Source of the DNA: Mobula hypostoma
Taxonomy: Eukaryota
Length of the DNA: 64,000 bases
Direction of reading: 5' to 3'
Assembly: GCF_963921235.1 (NCBI RefSeq)
Contig: NC_086116.1
Location: 60,636,001-60,700,000, forward strand
The notes under the pieces were generated by a model, which made no database searches, was not told the origin of the DNA, and saw nothing but the letters and a program-made list of their open reading frames with translations. The translations under genes and the position numbers were made by a program. Shown here piece by piece: positions 1-11,238 of the stretch (its first letter is position 1; every line of letters begins with the position of its first letter).

Positions 1-677
1 CCTGGGTTACAGCTGAGCGTACAGGGTAAGATGTTTAGGATTATGGTGAGAAGGATCGTGAATGTGTAGAATTCTCTGCTGCAGAAGCTTTGGAGATATA
101 AGATTTATACTAAACAGACATTTTAAGTTGCAAATGGCATTGAGAGCCTTGGGGAGAGGAACACGGTACTGAGGCAGAAGATCAGCCATCATCTCTTTGA
201 ATAGCAGAACCTGCCACAGATCGCAGGGCTGTAAGGCCTAGTATATCTCCTAGTTTTTTATGTTTCTATTTCACCAACTTGTAACTACTTCCTCTGTTTC
301 TTTATTTAAATAGCAACTGTTAATTTAACACAGCTCTCTACTTCTGCAACCATGATTTTATTGTGTAGATTGGAAAGAGGCAGAAAGGAGCCTTTTGTAA
401 AATCACTGCCAACCACACGAACAAACTCCGCCCAACTTACAATCTATGTTTTGTTACTTTCTCTTTAACCTATTCTGATATTTTCCTGGATGCTAACTAT
501 GAGAGTATTCCTGAAAGACCATGGACTATATTCTGCCATATCTGACACCTTTTCAGAAAACTGAGGATTGGTAAGAAGAACACAAAGGTATTTAGGTGTT
601 AAGTGAGGGGAAAAAAGAGGCATCTGGGTATAAAGTTGAAAAATGTGGAAGTTACTCACTTTAGGACAAAGAATATT

Positions 678-812
678 AATAAGGGTGTCAAAGGTCATGG
701 GGAGAAAGCAGGAGAATGGGGTTGAGAGGGATAATAAATCAGCCATGATGGAATGGCAGAGCAGACTCGATGGGCCAAATGGCCTAATTCTGCTCCTATG
801 TCCTATGGTGTT
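678..812 (+). mobile_element. CR1 LINE 3' end fragment
   Basis: ggggagaaagcaggagaatggggttgag...gatgggccaaatggcctaattctgctcctatg. Similar copies near 46585-46737, 53160-53313 and 57780-57990. Confidence 0.8.
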
Positions 813-1139
813 ATAATATAAAGTCATAATATTATTGAAAAAAACAACACACTAATAAATATTGGGGTACAAAGGAAACGGCATAAACTGTTCATGAATC
901 ATACCAATTTATTATGTTGTCATGGTAACCAATTAGAAAGACAAATTTCAACCTCCATTATAAAGGGTTAAGAGTGTAACAATAAATTGTACAAGACTTT
1001 CTTTAGACCACCTCTGCAGCCCCACATGTTGCTTCACACTCCAGTACCCAAGGAACATTATTCCTTTAAATTCAATTGGTTGAATCCTGAGGGGACGTTT
1101 GTCCAGCAAGGAGAGGCTGAGTAAGACTAGTTAATAATG

Positions 1140-4100
1140 AGAGGCATTTGTTAGAGCCGTTCAGGGTGGTTTTAAACTGGAGTGATAGGGCTAAGGATGG
1201 GGCTGTTGGCTTACAACCAGAGGCAGTGTGTAGTGAGACTATTAGCGAGGACAGGCTGGTAATAGGACAAAACTGCAGTGAATGGGATGAGCTGCAATTT
1301 AAAAGGGGGCCAAAATCAAAAAGGGTGATGAATACAGGACTGAAGGTTTTATATTTGAATGCACACAATATATGGATTAAGGTATGATACTGTCGGCATC
1401 ATTGAATTGTAGCTGAAACAAATCGTAGTTGGGAGCTTAGCATGTAATTAGGTAGGCAGAGGGGTGGGGTGACTCTGTTGGTAAAAAATGAAATCAAATC
1501 CATAGAAAGAGGTAGCTTAGGATCAGAAGATGTAGAATCCTTGTGGGTAGGGTTAAGAAACTGCAAGGGTAAAAGGACCCTGATGGGAGTTATATATAGG
1601 CCTCCGAACAGTAGCAAAGATGAGGGCTACAAATTACGACAGAAGATAGAAAATACATGTCAAAAGGACAAAGTTACGATAGTCAGGGGGGATTTCAATA
1701 TTCACATAGTCTGAGAAAATCAGGTTGGTGCTGGATCCCAAGAGGAGGAATTTGTCGAATGCCTACAAGATGGCTTTTTAGAGCTGCTCATGGTTGAGTC
1801 CTCTAGTGGTCAGCTGTTCTGGATTGGGTATTGTGTAATGAACCGGAAATGATTGGAGAGCTTAAGGTAAAGGAACACTTAGGGACAAGTGATCATAATA
1901 TGATAGAATTTACCCTGCAATTTGAAAGGGAGAAGCTAAAGTCAGATGTATCAGAGTTACAATGGAGTAAAGGGAATTACGGAGGCATGAGAGAGGAGCT
2001 GTCCAGAGTTGATTGGAATGGGACACTAGCAAGGATTACGGCAGAACTGCTATGGCTGGAGTTTCTAGGGGTATTTTATAAAGTGCAGGATTGATACACC
2101 CCAAAGAAGAAGTATTCTAAAGGCAAGACGACACAACCATAGCTAACAAGAGAAGTCAAAGCCAAGATCAAAGCCAAAGAGAGGGGATACAACAGAAGAA
2201 AAAGTAGTGGGAAGTTAGAAGATTGGGAAAGTTTTAAAAACCAACAGAATGCAACAAAAAAAATCATGGAGAGAAAAGATGGAATATGAAGGTAAGCTAA
2301 TGAATAATATTAAAAAGGATCCCAAAAGTTTCTTCACAGACGTAAAGACTAAAAGAGAAGCAAGAGTAGATATCGGACCACTGGAAAATGATTCCGGAGT
2401 GCTAGTAATAGGGAACAAGGAAGTGGTAGACAAACTCAATAAGTATTTTGCATCAGTCTTCACTGTGGAAGATACTAGCAGTATGCCCACAGTTCCAGAG
2501 TGTCATTGTGCAGAGTGAGTGAAGTTGCCAATACTAGAGACAAGGTGCTTGAGAAACTGAAAGGTCTGCAGGTAGATAAATCACCTGGAGCAGTGGTCTC
2601 CACCCCAGGGTTCTGAAAGAGGTGGCTGAAGAGATTGTGAAAGCAATAGTAATGATCTTTCAAGAATCAGTGGATTCTGACATGGTTCTGGAGGACTGGA
2701 AAATGGCAAATGTAACTCCACTCTTATGAATGGACAGAGGCAGAGGAAAGAAAATGTTAGGCCAGTTAGTCTGACCTCAGTGGTTGGGAAGATATTGGAG
2801 TGGGTTGTTAAGGATGAGGTTTCAGGCTACTTGGAGGCACATGATAAAATAGGCCTAAGTTAGCATGGTTTCTTCAGAGAAAATCTTACATGACAGATCT
2901 GTTGGAATTCTTTAAAGAAATAACAAGCAGGATAGACAAAGGAGAATTGGTGGATGTTGCGTACTTGGATTGTCAGAAGGTCTTTGACAAGGTGCCACAT
3001 GTGAATCTGCTAAACAAGCACAACAGCACCTCTTTCACCTCAGACGGTTGAAGAAGATTGGCATGAGTGCCCAAATCCTAAAGACTTTCTACAGGGGCAC
3101 AATTGAGAGCATCCTGACTGGCTGCATCACTGCCTGGTATGGGAACTGTACTTCCCCCAATCGCAGGACTCTGCAGAGTGGTGCGGAAGTCCCAGTGAAT
3201 CTGTAGTTGTGAACTTCCCACTGTTCAGATCATTTACAAAGACAGGTGTGTAAAAAAGGACCCAAAGGATCATTGGGGACCCGAACCAACCAACCACAAA
3301 CTGTTCCAGCTGCTACCATCCGGGAAATGTTACCACAGCATTAAAGCCAGGATCAACAGGTTCCGGGGCAGCTTCTTCCACCAGGCCATCAGACTGATTA
3401 ATTCACACTGATACAATTGTATGTCTATGCTATATTGATTGTCCTGTTGTTCATATTACTTGTTACAAATTACTATAAATTGCACATTTAGTCGGAGACA
3501 TAACGTAAATATTTGACTACTCATGTATGCGAAGGATGTAAGAAATAGAGTCAATTTAATTCAAGATGCGTGCCCAAGGTATTACAGGAAAGATACTCGC
3601 ATGGATAGAGCAAAGGCTAATTGGCAAGTGGCAAACAGTGGGAATAAAGGGAGCCTTTTCTGGTTGGCTGCCAGTGACTTGTGGTGTTCCGCAGAGGCCT
3701 GTGTTGGGTCTGCTTCTTTTTTACATTATATGTCAATGATTTGGGTGATTTAATTGATGGCTTCATGGCCAAGTTACCGGACAACACCAAGATAGGTGGA
3801 GGGGCAGGTAGTGTTGAGGAAGCAGAGAGGCTGCAGAAGGACTTAAGACAGATTAGGAGAATAGGCAAAGAAGTGGCAGATGGAGTATATTGTTGGGAAG
3901 TGTATGGTCTTGCAATTTGGTAGAAGAAACAAAAGTGTAGATTATTTTCTAAATGGAAAGAAAATTCACAAATCCGAGGTGCAAAGGAACTTGGGAATCC
4001 TCAAGTAGGATTCCGTAAAGGTTAATTTGCAGGTTGAGTCAGTAGTGAGGCAGGCAAGTGCAACGTTAACATTCATTTTGAGAGGACTAGAATATAAAAG

Positions 4101-4180
4101 CAAGCATGTAATGTTGAGTCTTGATAGGCACTGGTGAGGCCTCACTTGGAGCATTGCAAACAGTTTTGAGCCCCTTGTCC
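1140..4180 (+). mobile_element. Degraded CR1 LINE ORF2 (APE endonuclease and reverse transcriptase), interrupted at 3019-3564
   Basis: ORF fragments VLYLNAH, GVIYRPPNSS, GDFN, SDHNMIEF, LNKYFASVFT and DNTKIGG, with many stops and frameshifts. Confidence 0.9.
3019..3564 (+). mobile_element. Rex1/Babar-type LINE 3' fragment nested in CR1
   Basis: Encodes ..LKTFYRGTIESILTGCITAWYGNC.., followed by a 3' UTR and a tcaat-like tail. The CR1 reading resumes after a short CAAG repeat. Confidence 0.8.
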
Positions 4181-4612
4181 AAGAAAGGGGGAAGAAGCCA
4201 GAAGAGAAGATGAGGAAGGGAAGCTGGCAGGTGATGGGTGAAGCCAGGTGAAGGAAAAAGTAGGTGGGTGGGGGAGGGGGTATGAAGTGAGAAGCTGGGA
4301 GGTGGTGAGGGGGGAAGATAAAGCACTGAAGAGAAAGGAGAGTGGACTATGGGAGAAGGGGAAGGAGGAGGGACACCAGAGGGAGGTGATAGGTAGGGGA
4401 GGAGAAGAGAAGGGTAAGAGGGGAACCAGAATGTAAAAGAAAAGAAGGGGGCAGGAGGAGAAATTACTGGAAGTTGGAGAATAGTTATTCATGCTGTCTG
4501 GTTGGAGGCTACCCAAAAAGAGTAGGAGGTGTTACCCCTCCAACCTGAACGTGGCCTCATCGTGACAGTAGGGGAGGTCATGGACAGACAAATCAGAATG
4601 TGAATGGGGAAA
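4181..4612 (-). mobile_element. Penelope-like element: GIY-YIG C-terminus and pyrimidine-rich 3' UTR (inverted segment)
   Basis: The minus strand reads PHSHSDLSVHDLPYCHDEATFRLEG*HLLLFLGSLQPDSMN, resembling the E..LI..L..L.P.G.N C-terminal motif of PLE GIY-YIG endonucleases. Confidence 0.75.
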
Positions 4613-4768
4613 GCTTCTTCCCCCTTCCTTTCCAGTCCAGATGAATGGCCTTGGCCCAAAATGTTGACTCTTTATTCCTCTCCATGGATGGTGCCTGAAT
4701 TGCTGGGTTCCTCCAGTACTTTTGTATGTGTTACTCTGGATTTCCAGCATCTGTAGAATCTCTTGTTT
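4613..4768 (+). mobile_element. PLE terminal repeat with decayed hammerhead motif
   Basis: cagtc-CAGATGA-atggccttggccc-AAAA-tgtt-gactc, followed by the family body (..gttcctccag..ctctggatttccagcatctg). Confidence 0.7.
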
Positions 4769-5229
4769 TGGTGAGCAATGCAATAGGTTGAGAATTATAT
4801 TGGCAAGACCATATTGCAATACCTGTACATAATAATCTAAAATGGAAGCACTGTGCAATACAATATAGAGAAATTATTATTGAACATGCTGAATTTAACA
4901 AGAAGTCTAATATGGGACTATGGGTATAATAAATTGGTTTAATTCCATGGTACAGCATGTGAAAACTGCAATTCTGAAGAATATACAGAAAATATTGGAA
5001 ATGTACAGATGCCTAAAGCAGCAAAAGACAAATTAACACCTCAGAAAATCTCTCCCAGCCTCTCACCATAACTGTCACCCTCTTTCTGTCATTAACATGA
5101 CAGACAGAAGAAAATATCAAATCATAATCCGTGTCCACTGTGCCCTCGGGTTAGAAACACAATTGCATCCTGAACTCTTTTACACCCTATTCAGATGTTT
5201 CAGGCAAGAGCTTTTGGCTGAGTAAAATA

Positions 5230-5530
5230 GTGTGGTAGTTGGTACTGTTGCCTCACAGATTCCGTTTCCTGGCTTCCAATAATGCTTTCCAGGAGCACCT
5301 ATGTGTTCTCTACTCCAGTCCCCTCCCACATCCCAAATGAGCGTAGGTTGGTAGATTAACTAGCCATTGTAAATTACTTAGTGTAAGTAGTTGGCAAAAA
5401 GATCAAAATTAGTTGATGGACGTGTTAGAGAAAGTTAGTTACAGAGTTATGCAGAAGCAGAAGGGGGAAGGGTTGGGACAGATAGGAACCAGCATGGATT
5501 CAATGGGCTGAGCGGCCACCTTCTGTGTCA
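5230..5530 (+). mobile_element. Old V-SINE (HE1-like) remnant
   Basis: Degenerate tRNA head, ctcccacatcccaaa V-domain piece and ccattgtaaatt. Confidence 0.55.
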
Positions 5531-5684
5531 GAATACATAAGAGTCATTGAGCACTGCAGCACAGAAGCAGACCATTCAGCCCATCTATCCATGCCCAACT
5601 ATTATTCTGCCTAGTCCCATTGATTTGCTCCCGGACCATAGCTCTCTGTACCCCTCCCATCCATGTACCTGTCCAAACTTCTTT

Positions 5685-7203
5685 CATAGAAACATAGAAA
5701 CATAGAAAATAGGTGCAGGAGTAGGCCATTCGGCCCTTTGAGCCTGCACCGCCATTTATTATGATCATGGCTGATCATCCAGCTCAGAACCCTACACCAG
5801 CCTTCCCTCCATACCCTCTGATCCCCGTAGCCACAAGGGCCATATCTAACTCCCTCTTAAGTATAGCCAATGAACTGGCCTCAACTGTTTCCTGTGGCAG
5901 AGAATTCCACAGATTCACCACTCTCTGTGTGAAGAAGTTTTTCCTAATCTCGGTCCTAAAAGGCTTCCCCTTTATCCTCAAACTGTGACCCCTCGTTCTG
6001 GACTTCCCCAACATCGGGAACAATCTTCCTGCATCTAGCCTGTCCAATCCCTTTAGGATTTTATATGTTTCAATCAGATCCCCCCTCAATCTTCTAAATT
6101 CCAACGAGTACAAGCCCAGTTCATCCAGTCTTTCTTCATATGAAAGTCCTGCCATCCCAGGAATCAATCTGGTGAACCTTCTTTGTACTCCCTCTATGGC
6201 AAGGATGTCTTTCCTCAGATTAGGGGACCAAAACTGCACACAATACTCCAGGTGTGGTCTCCAAGGCCTTGTACAACTGCAGTAGTACCTCCCTGCTCCT
6301 GTACTCGAATCCTCTCGCTATAAATGCCAGCATACCATTCGCCTTTTTCACCGCCTGCTGTACCTGCATGCCCACTTTTAATGACTGGTGTATAATGACA
6401 CCCAGGTCTCGTTGCACCTCCCCTTTTCCTAATCGGCCACCATTCAGATAATAATCTGTTTTCTTATTTTTGCCACCAAAGTGGATAACTTCACATTTAT
6501 CCACATTAAATTGCATCTGCCATGAATTTGCCCACTCACCCAACCTATCCAAGTCACCCTGCATCCTCTTAGCATCCTCCTCACAGCTAACACTGCCGCC
6601 CAGCTTCGTGCCATCCGCAAACTTGGAGATGCTGCATTTAAATTCCCATTCCAAGTCATTAATATATATTGTAAACAACTGGGGACCCAGCACTGAGCCT
6701 TGCGGTACCCCACTAGTCACTGCCTGCCATTCTGAAAAGGTCCTGTTTATTCCCACTCTTTGCTTCCTGTCTGCTAACCAATTCTCCACCCACACCAATA
6801 CCTTACCCCCAATACCGTGCGCTTTAAGTTTGCACACTAATCTCCTGTGTGGGACCTTGTCAAAAGCCTTTTGAAAATCCAAATATACCACATCTACTGG
6901 TTCTCCCCTATCCACTCTACTAGTTACATCCTCAAAAAATTTATGAGATTCATCAGACATGATTTTCCTTTCACAAATCCATGCTGACTTTGTCCGATGA
7001 TTTCACCGCTTTCCAAATGTGCTGTTATCACATCTGTGATAACCGACTCCAGCAGTTTCCCCACCACCGACGTTAGGCTAACCGGTCTATAATTCCCCGG
7101 TTTCTCTCTCCCTCCTTTTTTAAAAAGTGGGGTTACATTAGCCACCCTCCAATCCTCAGGAACTAGTCCAGAATCTAACGAGTTTTGAAAAATTATCACT
7201 AAT
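5685..7203 (-). mobile_element. Young 5'-truncated CR1 LINE (RT C-terminal half and 3' UTR) inserted in an older CR1 3' fragment (5545-5684 and 7205-7390)
   Basis: ORFs contain PGNYRPVSLTS, YLDFQKAFDKVPH, GVPQGSVLGP, FADGTKLGG and FFTQRVVNLWNSLP. (TTTCTATG)n tail, seen as catagaaa x3 at 5685-5708. Two frameshifts, and the catalytic DD reads DG. Confidence 0.95.
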
Positions 7204-9289
7204 TATCAAATGTTGAAATTGAACCTGCATCCACCACTCAATTCCACTGGCAGCTCGTTCCACACTCACACCACTCTCTGAGACTGAGTGAAGAAGTACC
7301 CCCCCCCCATAGTTCCCCTTAAACATTTCACCTTTCAGCTTTAACCCATGATCTCTGGTTCTAGTCTCACCCGACCTCAGTGGAAAAAAGAAATGTTCTC
7401 CAAATTTTGACGTACATCCTGTGTTTTTTTCTCAATTTGTGTGTCAAGTATACAGGATACATGTTCCAAATCCGAGGAAAGCAGTCTTTAGAACGTGAGG
7501 TAAAATTACCTGGGAAATACTCTGTAAGTCACGCATGTGTAGACGGATAAAACCGCGATCCAATCATAGCCCTGCGTGAAATTGTGCGCCAGCCTGTCCA
7601 GAGCAGTGAGATGTTTCTTTCTGGGATCTCACTCATTATACGAACCCTGATGGACCTCTGCTGGGGAGACGGGAGGCTAAGTTTTATTCCCTGATAGAGT
7701 ACTGTCACGATTTGTTTATGGGGAGTGGGGGTGCGTTGTTCTAAGACCTGAAAGGATAATTTGATTGTAGGCAGAGGTATGAGTTGCAAGTTTAAATTGA
7801 ACCCCTTTTAACAGGGGTGGACGGAGATAGGATATCGATTCTATGAATAAAAAAAACGGCCTTTAGTTTGGCAGAGATGTGCCGTAGCCGCCGGAAATCT
7901 GAATTATTATTGGACTACAGTACTGCCAAATAGTTTGGCTGCGTGGATCATAAAGACGCCTCAGGTGCTGACAGTGAGCCGCCAGTTAAACCTAGGCGGA
8001 CGGAATCCACCCAACAGCTTCATCCCCACGTCACGCACACCCCTCTCCAAAAAAATGCGTTCGTCGGACTTGTTACGGACGTGTCTGAGAGAATTGGCGC
8101 CGGCCCGGGTGTTAGTGCTGAGTCTGCAAAACGCCTCTCTCCTGTAGGGGTCGTTGCAGTGCAGGGATTCACCAGCGTGTTTCCCTCCCGCACGCCCGCC
8201 GTCTGCAACCTCGAATATAATGACAGTTGCATTTATTTAACTGGCCCCCCTTCTCAGTGCATTTTCTGTTCTGGAAATTCCGTCTGCACGGGGAAACCAC
8301 TGCGCACAGGGCAATAAACAGCGTCTTAAAGGAGAAGTCCAAGTTGTCAAAAGGACCAGTATCCCTGATCTGAGCACAGTTTGGATTAGTTAGTAACTTG
8401 GCTGTCTTCAAGTATTTTCTTTGGATCTTTTGTTCTCTGCTGGATTGGGAAGGCGGTGGGTGTTAGAGGGAACAGAGCCCACGGGGTGAGAGCGCCGTGA
8501 CCCGGAGTCTCAAATAACCACTTAAGGGAACTCCAACGGAGTTTTAATTTGTATTTGGAAGCGTAACCAGTCACCACGAAGCACGATTAAAGTGTTCACA
8601 ATGTAAACTTTGGTTTATGCAAATCAGATGGAGGTGGACATGTAACAATCTGCTGGATAAACTCAACAGGTCGAACAGCGTCTGTGGAGATGAGAGGAAT
8701 TGTGGGCGGGAATTTCAAACAAGTGGTCTTCCAAAGCGAATGGCCTGTTATAATCCTCCATCTGCAAACATTGATCATAAACGATTTTTCAGCACGTTTA
8801 ATTTTATGTCTTAAAATAAGTGGTTACAATGGATTTTCAAAACGTAAAATAAGTTTCAGAGAAAGTTTGTGTCAAGTGAGTTAAATGTTTGAATGCAGTG
8901 TCCTTGGACTGTGCAGTCATGTTCTCCGAATAGGTGGAATATTGCAGCGCTCTCCAGTCCGCACTTCATTCACAACGAAAGCAGGCACTGTTAATAATTG
9001 CAGATACTATTTCCGATAAGCACGTTTGTATTTCGTCTGATGTAACCCGAGCTGTAAATAGCATAATTATCACAATAACTAAGAGTAACTGTACGTCACT
9101 GAGGTGGAATATCGGCAGCAAACGGGTGCAAAGCTTGGCCACCGGCTGCGCCCTGTCGAAATGCAAATAGGCAGCACAGTTACATACACACAATTACACA
9201 CTTGACTTTACGTATTCGAGGCAAAGTTGGTGCCTGCATTTCCCCCCTCCAATCTTCGATGCGCGAATCTGATCTTGCGACAGCAGTCC

Positions 9290-9720
9290 GGAGAAGATTT
9301 CCGCTCTCTCCCTCCGCCTCGGTCGCTGCCGCTGCGGCTTCTGCCGCTTTTCGCCGGCTGAGTTCGGCGCTTGCAGTCAGGACGGAGCGAGGAAGGAGGG
9401 ACCCACTAGCGAGCGGGAGATCTACCCGTGAAACCTCGATTCCAGCGAGTCCACCCCCACTCCACTCAAAATGGACTGAGGTGTACAAGTGTTTCATGGC
9501 TTTGCTTTGGGGATGGGGGCAGAGGGCGCCGTGAGAAGTCGGTGATATTCAGCATTCACTTGCGTTCTTCACAGGGTCTGTTTTAAGTAGATGAAGATCA
9601 AGAGAGGCTTATCAATTTTTTTTGAGGGGCATATCTCTGAGGTGTGCCAGGATTTGATCTCACCGTCTTTGCAGTGTGTCAATGCGGCGCTGTGCTAATG
9701 CAAACCAGGCAGCAACGGAG
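9290..9720 (+). other. Candidate distal non-coding exon (start approximate)
   Basis: CpG-rich, GCC/GCT-rich UTR-like sequence at 9300-9420. Consensus donor GAG|GTAAGT at 9720/9721. Confidence 0.4.
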
Positions 9721-10198
9721 GTAAGTGAACCGTTGAAGACCGGTAATGGGAAGTTTAGCTGCAGCAATAGTGTCAGTTTCAATCTCATTTGCAAGTAATG
9801 AAATACTAACTACCGAATCCTATATACAGTATGTATATAACCGGCAATCGAATTTAACGCTGCCGGATCATCAAGGTCTTAGCATTCGAGACTGATCGAC
9901 TACTGTTCTAACTAACTGGTAAGGCTCCGTTTTTGCAACCAAAATAACTCGTAGCCAAAAAATAATAACCACTTGCAATTACAGCGATGGTCGACCAATG
10001 TACGAGCCCATGCATTCTGGACCGCCACAGCCTTCTGTTGTAAGTGCCTACTGCAGGTGGCAATGTGGATTCCGTCCCCCCCCCCTCACCATTTTACAAA
10101 CGCACCCTCCACTTCCCATTGAGGAAGGATTTCATCTCGTTTATTGACTGCCATCATTTCTAAGAATGCTGCCTCTCGTCGCTGTTTATCTTATTTTG

Positions 10199-10328
10199 NN
10201 NNNNNNNNNNNNNNNNNNNNNNNNNNNNNNNNNNNNNNNNNNNNNNNNNNNNNNNNNNNNNNNNNNNNNNNNNNNNNNNNNNNNNNNNNNNNNNNNNNNN
10301 NNNNNNNNNNNNNNNNNNNNNNNNNNNN
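10199..10328. other. Assembly gap (130 N)
   Basis: Run of N. Confidence 1.
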
Positions 10329-10582
10329 GCCCGCGCGTAAATCAGTGTGATATGTGCCCGTGTGTTTAATACTATCAGTGGTATATGCCAGGTCTCTTCC
10401 TATATGTATGTGCTTCTACCTCTGTGTGTGTCTGTCAGTGCTTCTTATACGAGTAGAGTGTTTGTGCATGTATTTTGAGTTACAGTATATGCATCAGTGT
10501 ACAGTTTTCAGTCTGACTGTATTCCCTTGCTGGCTGGTAGACTGGGGATTGCCCGTGTTGCTTACAGGTACAAGCTCTCCTC

Positions 10583-10732
10583 CCCCGAGAGGGAGAGGGG
10601 TCGAGAAAAAGAGAGAGGGTGAGAGAAAAACGATGGGGGGGGGTAGAAGAGAGAGAAAGAGAGAGGAGAGAGGCGGAGAGCGGGGGGGGGAGAGAGAGTA
10701 GGGGGTGGTGAGGGTGAGAGGGTGGGGAGAGA
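10583..10732 (+). repeat. GA-rich polypurine tract with G runs
   Basis: gagagggagagggg...gggggggggg...gagagagaaagagaggagagaggcggagagcgggggggg. Confidence 0.85.
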
Positions 10733-10844
10733 AATTATTCCGTAGTGTCCTGAAGCCCACCGAATTATTTTAAAGGAACCCGTTCCGGAGTGGCGGTGGA
10801 AATGTTAAAGCGCCATCGGCAAGTCGGCGAACCAGACTGTGAAG

Positions 10845-11238
10845 TATAAAGCCGAGGCGCAATCTCGAGCATGGATGCTCCGTTTCTTACTCTTCCAATG
10901 CCTTTCCCGTCGATTCAACCTGTCTATAGGTCCAATGCGCTTAGAGTCAGGTTGTGTCTTTCTCATCGATCTGCATACTCATTGGACTGGCACTGGTCTG
11001 CCGTGAGCAGATAACACGCGTACTATCGGCTGGCTGTCCGCGTCCACGCTTACTGCCGGTCACAGCCGAGACTGTGACTTCCAGAACCACTTTAATTCTG
11101 TGGAGAGGCGCTGCTCTGTCCCGTGTTGCGTTTAGCCCAGCAGTGGCTTGTTATCTTTGCAGATATATATATTTGTGCGGAATAGGGTTGCAAGGAGATT
11201 GGAACAGCACGCTGTATTAAATTAAGCACACGAGCAAG
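10845..11238 (+). promoter_or_regulatory. Candidate TATA promoter and non-coding first exon
   Basis: TATAAAG at 10845-10851 in CpG-rich sequence downstream of a GA tract. Consensus donor AAG|GTAAGT at 11238/11239. Confidence 0.4.

Noticed and set aside
9180-9534. Overlapping Ala-rich ORFs on both strands
   Set aside because: They arise from GCC/GCT-rich UTR-like sequence, have no domain similarity and start at non-ATG codons or in weak contexts.
11030-11130. Possible REST/RE1 site (ggcgctg..ctgtcc)
   Set aside because: Only half-site fragments with wrong spacing.
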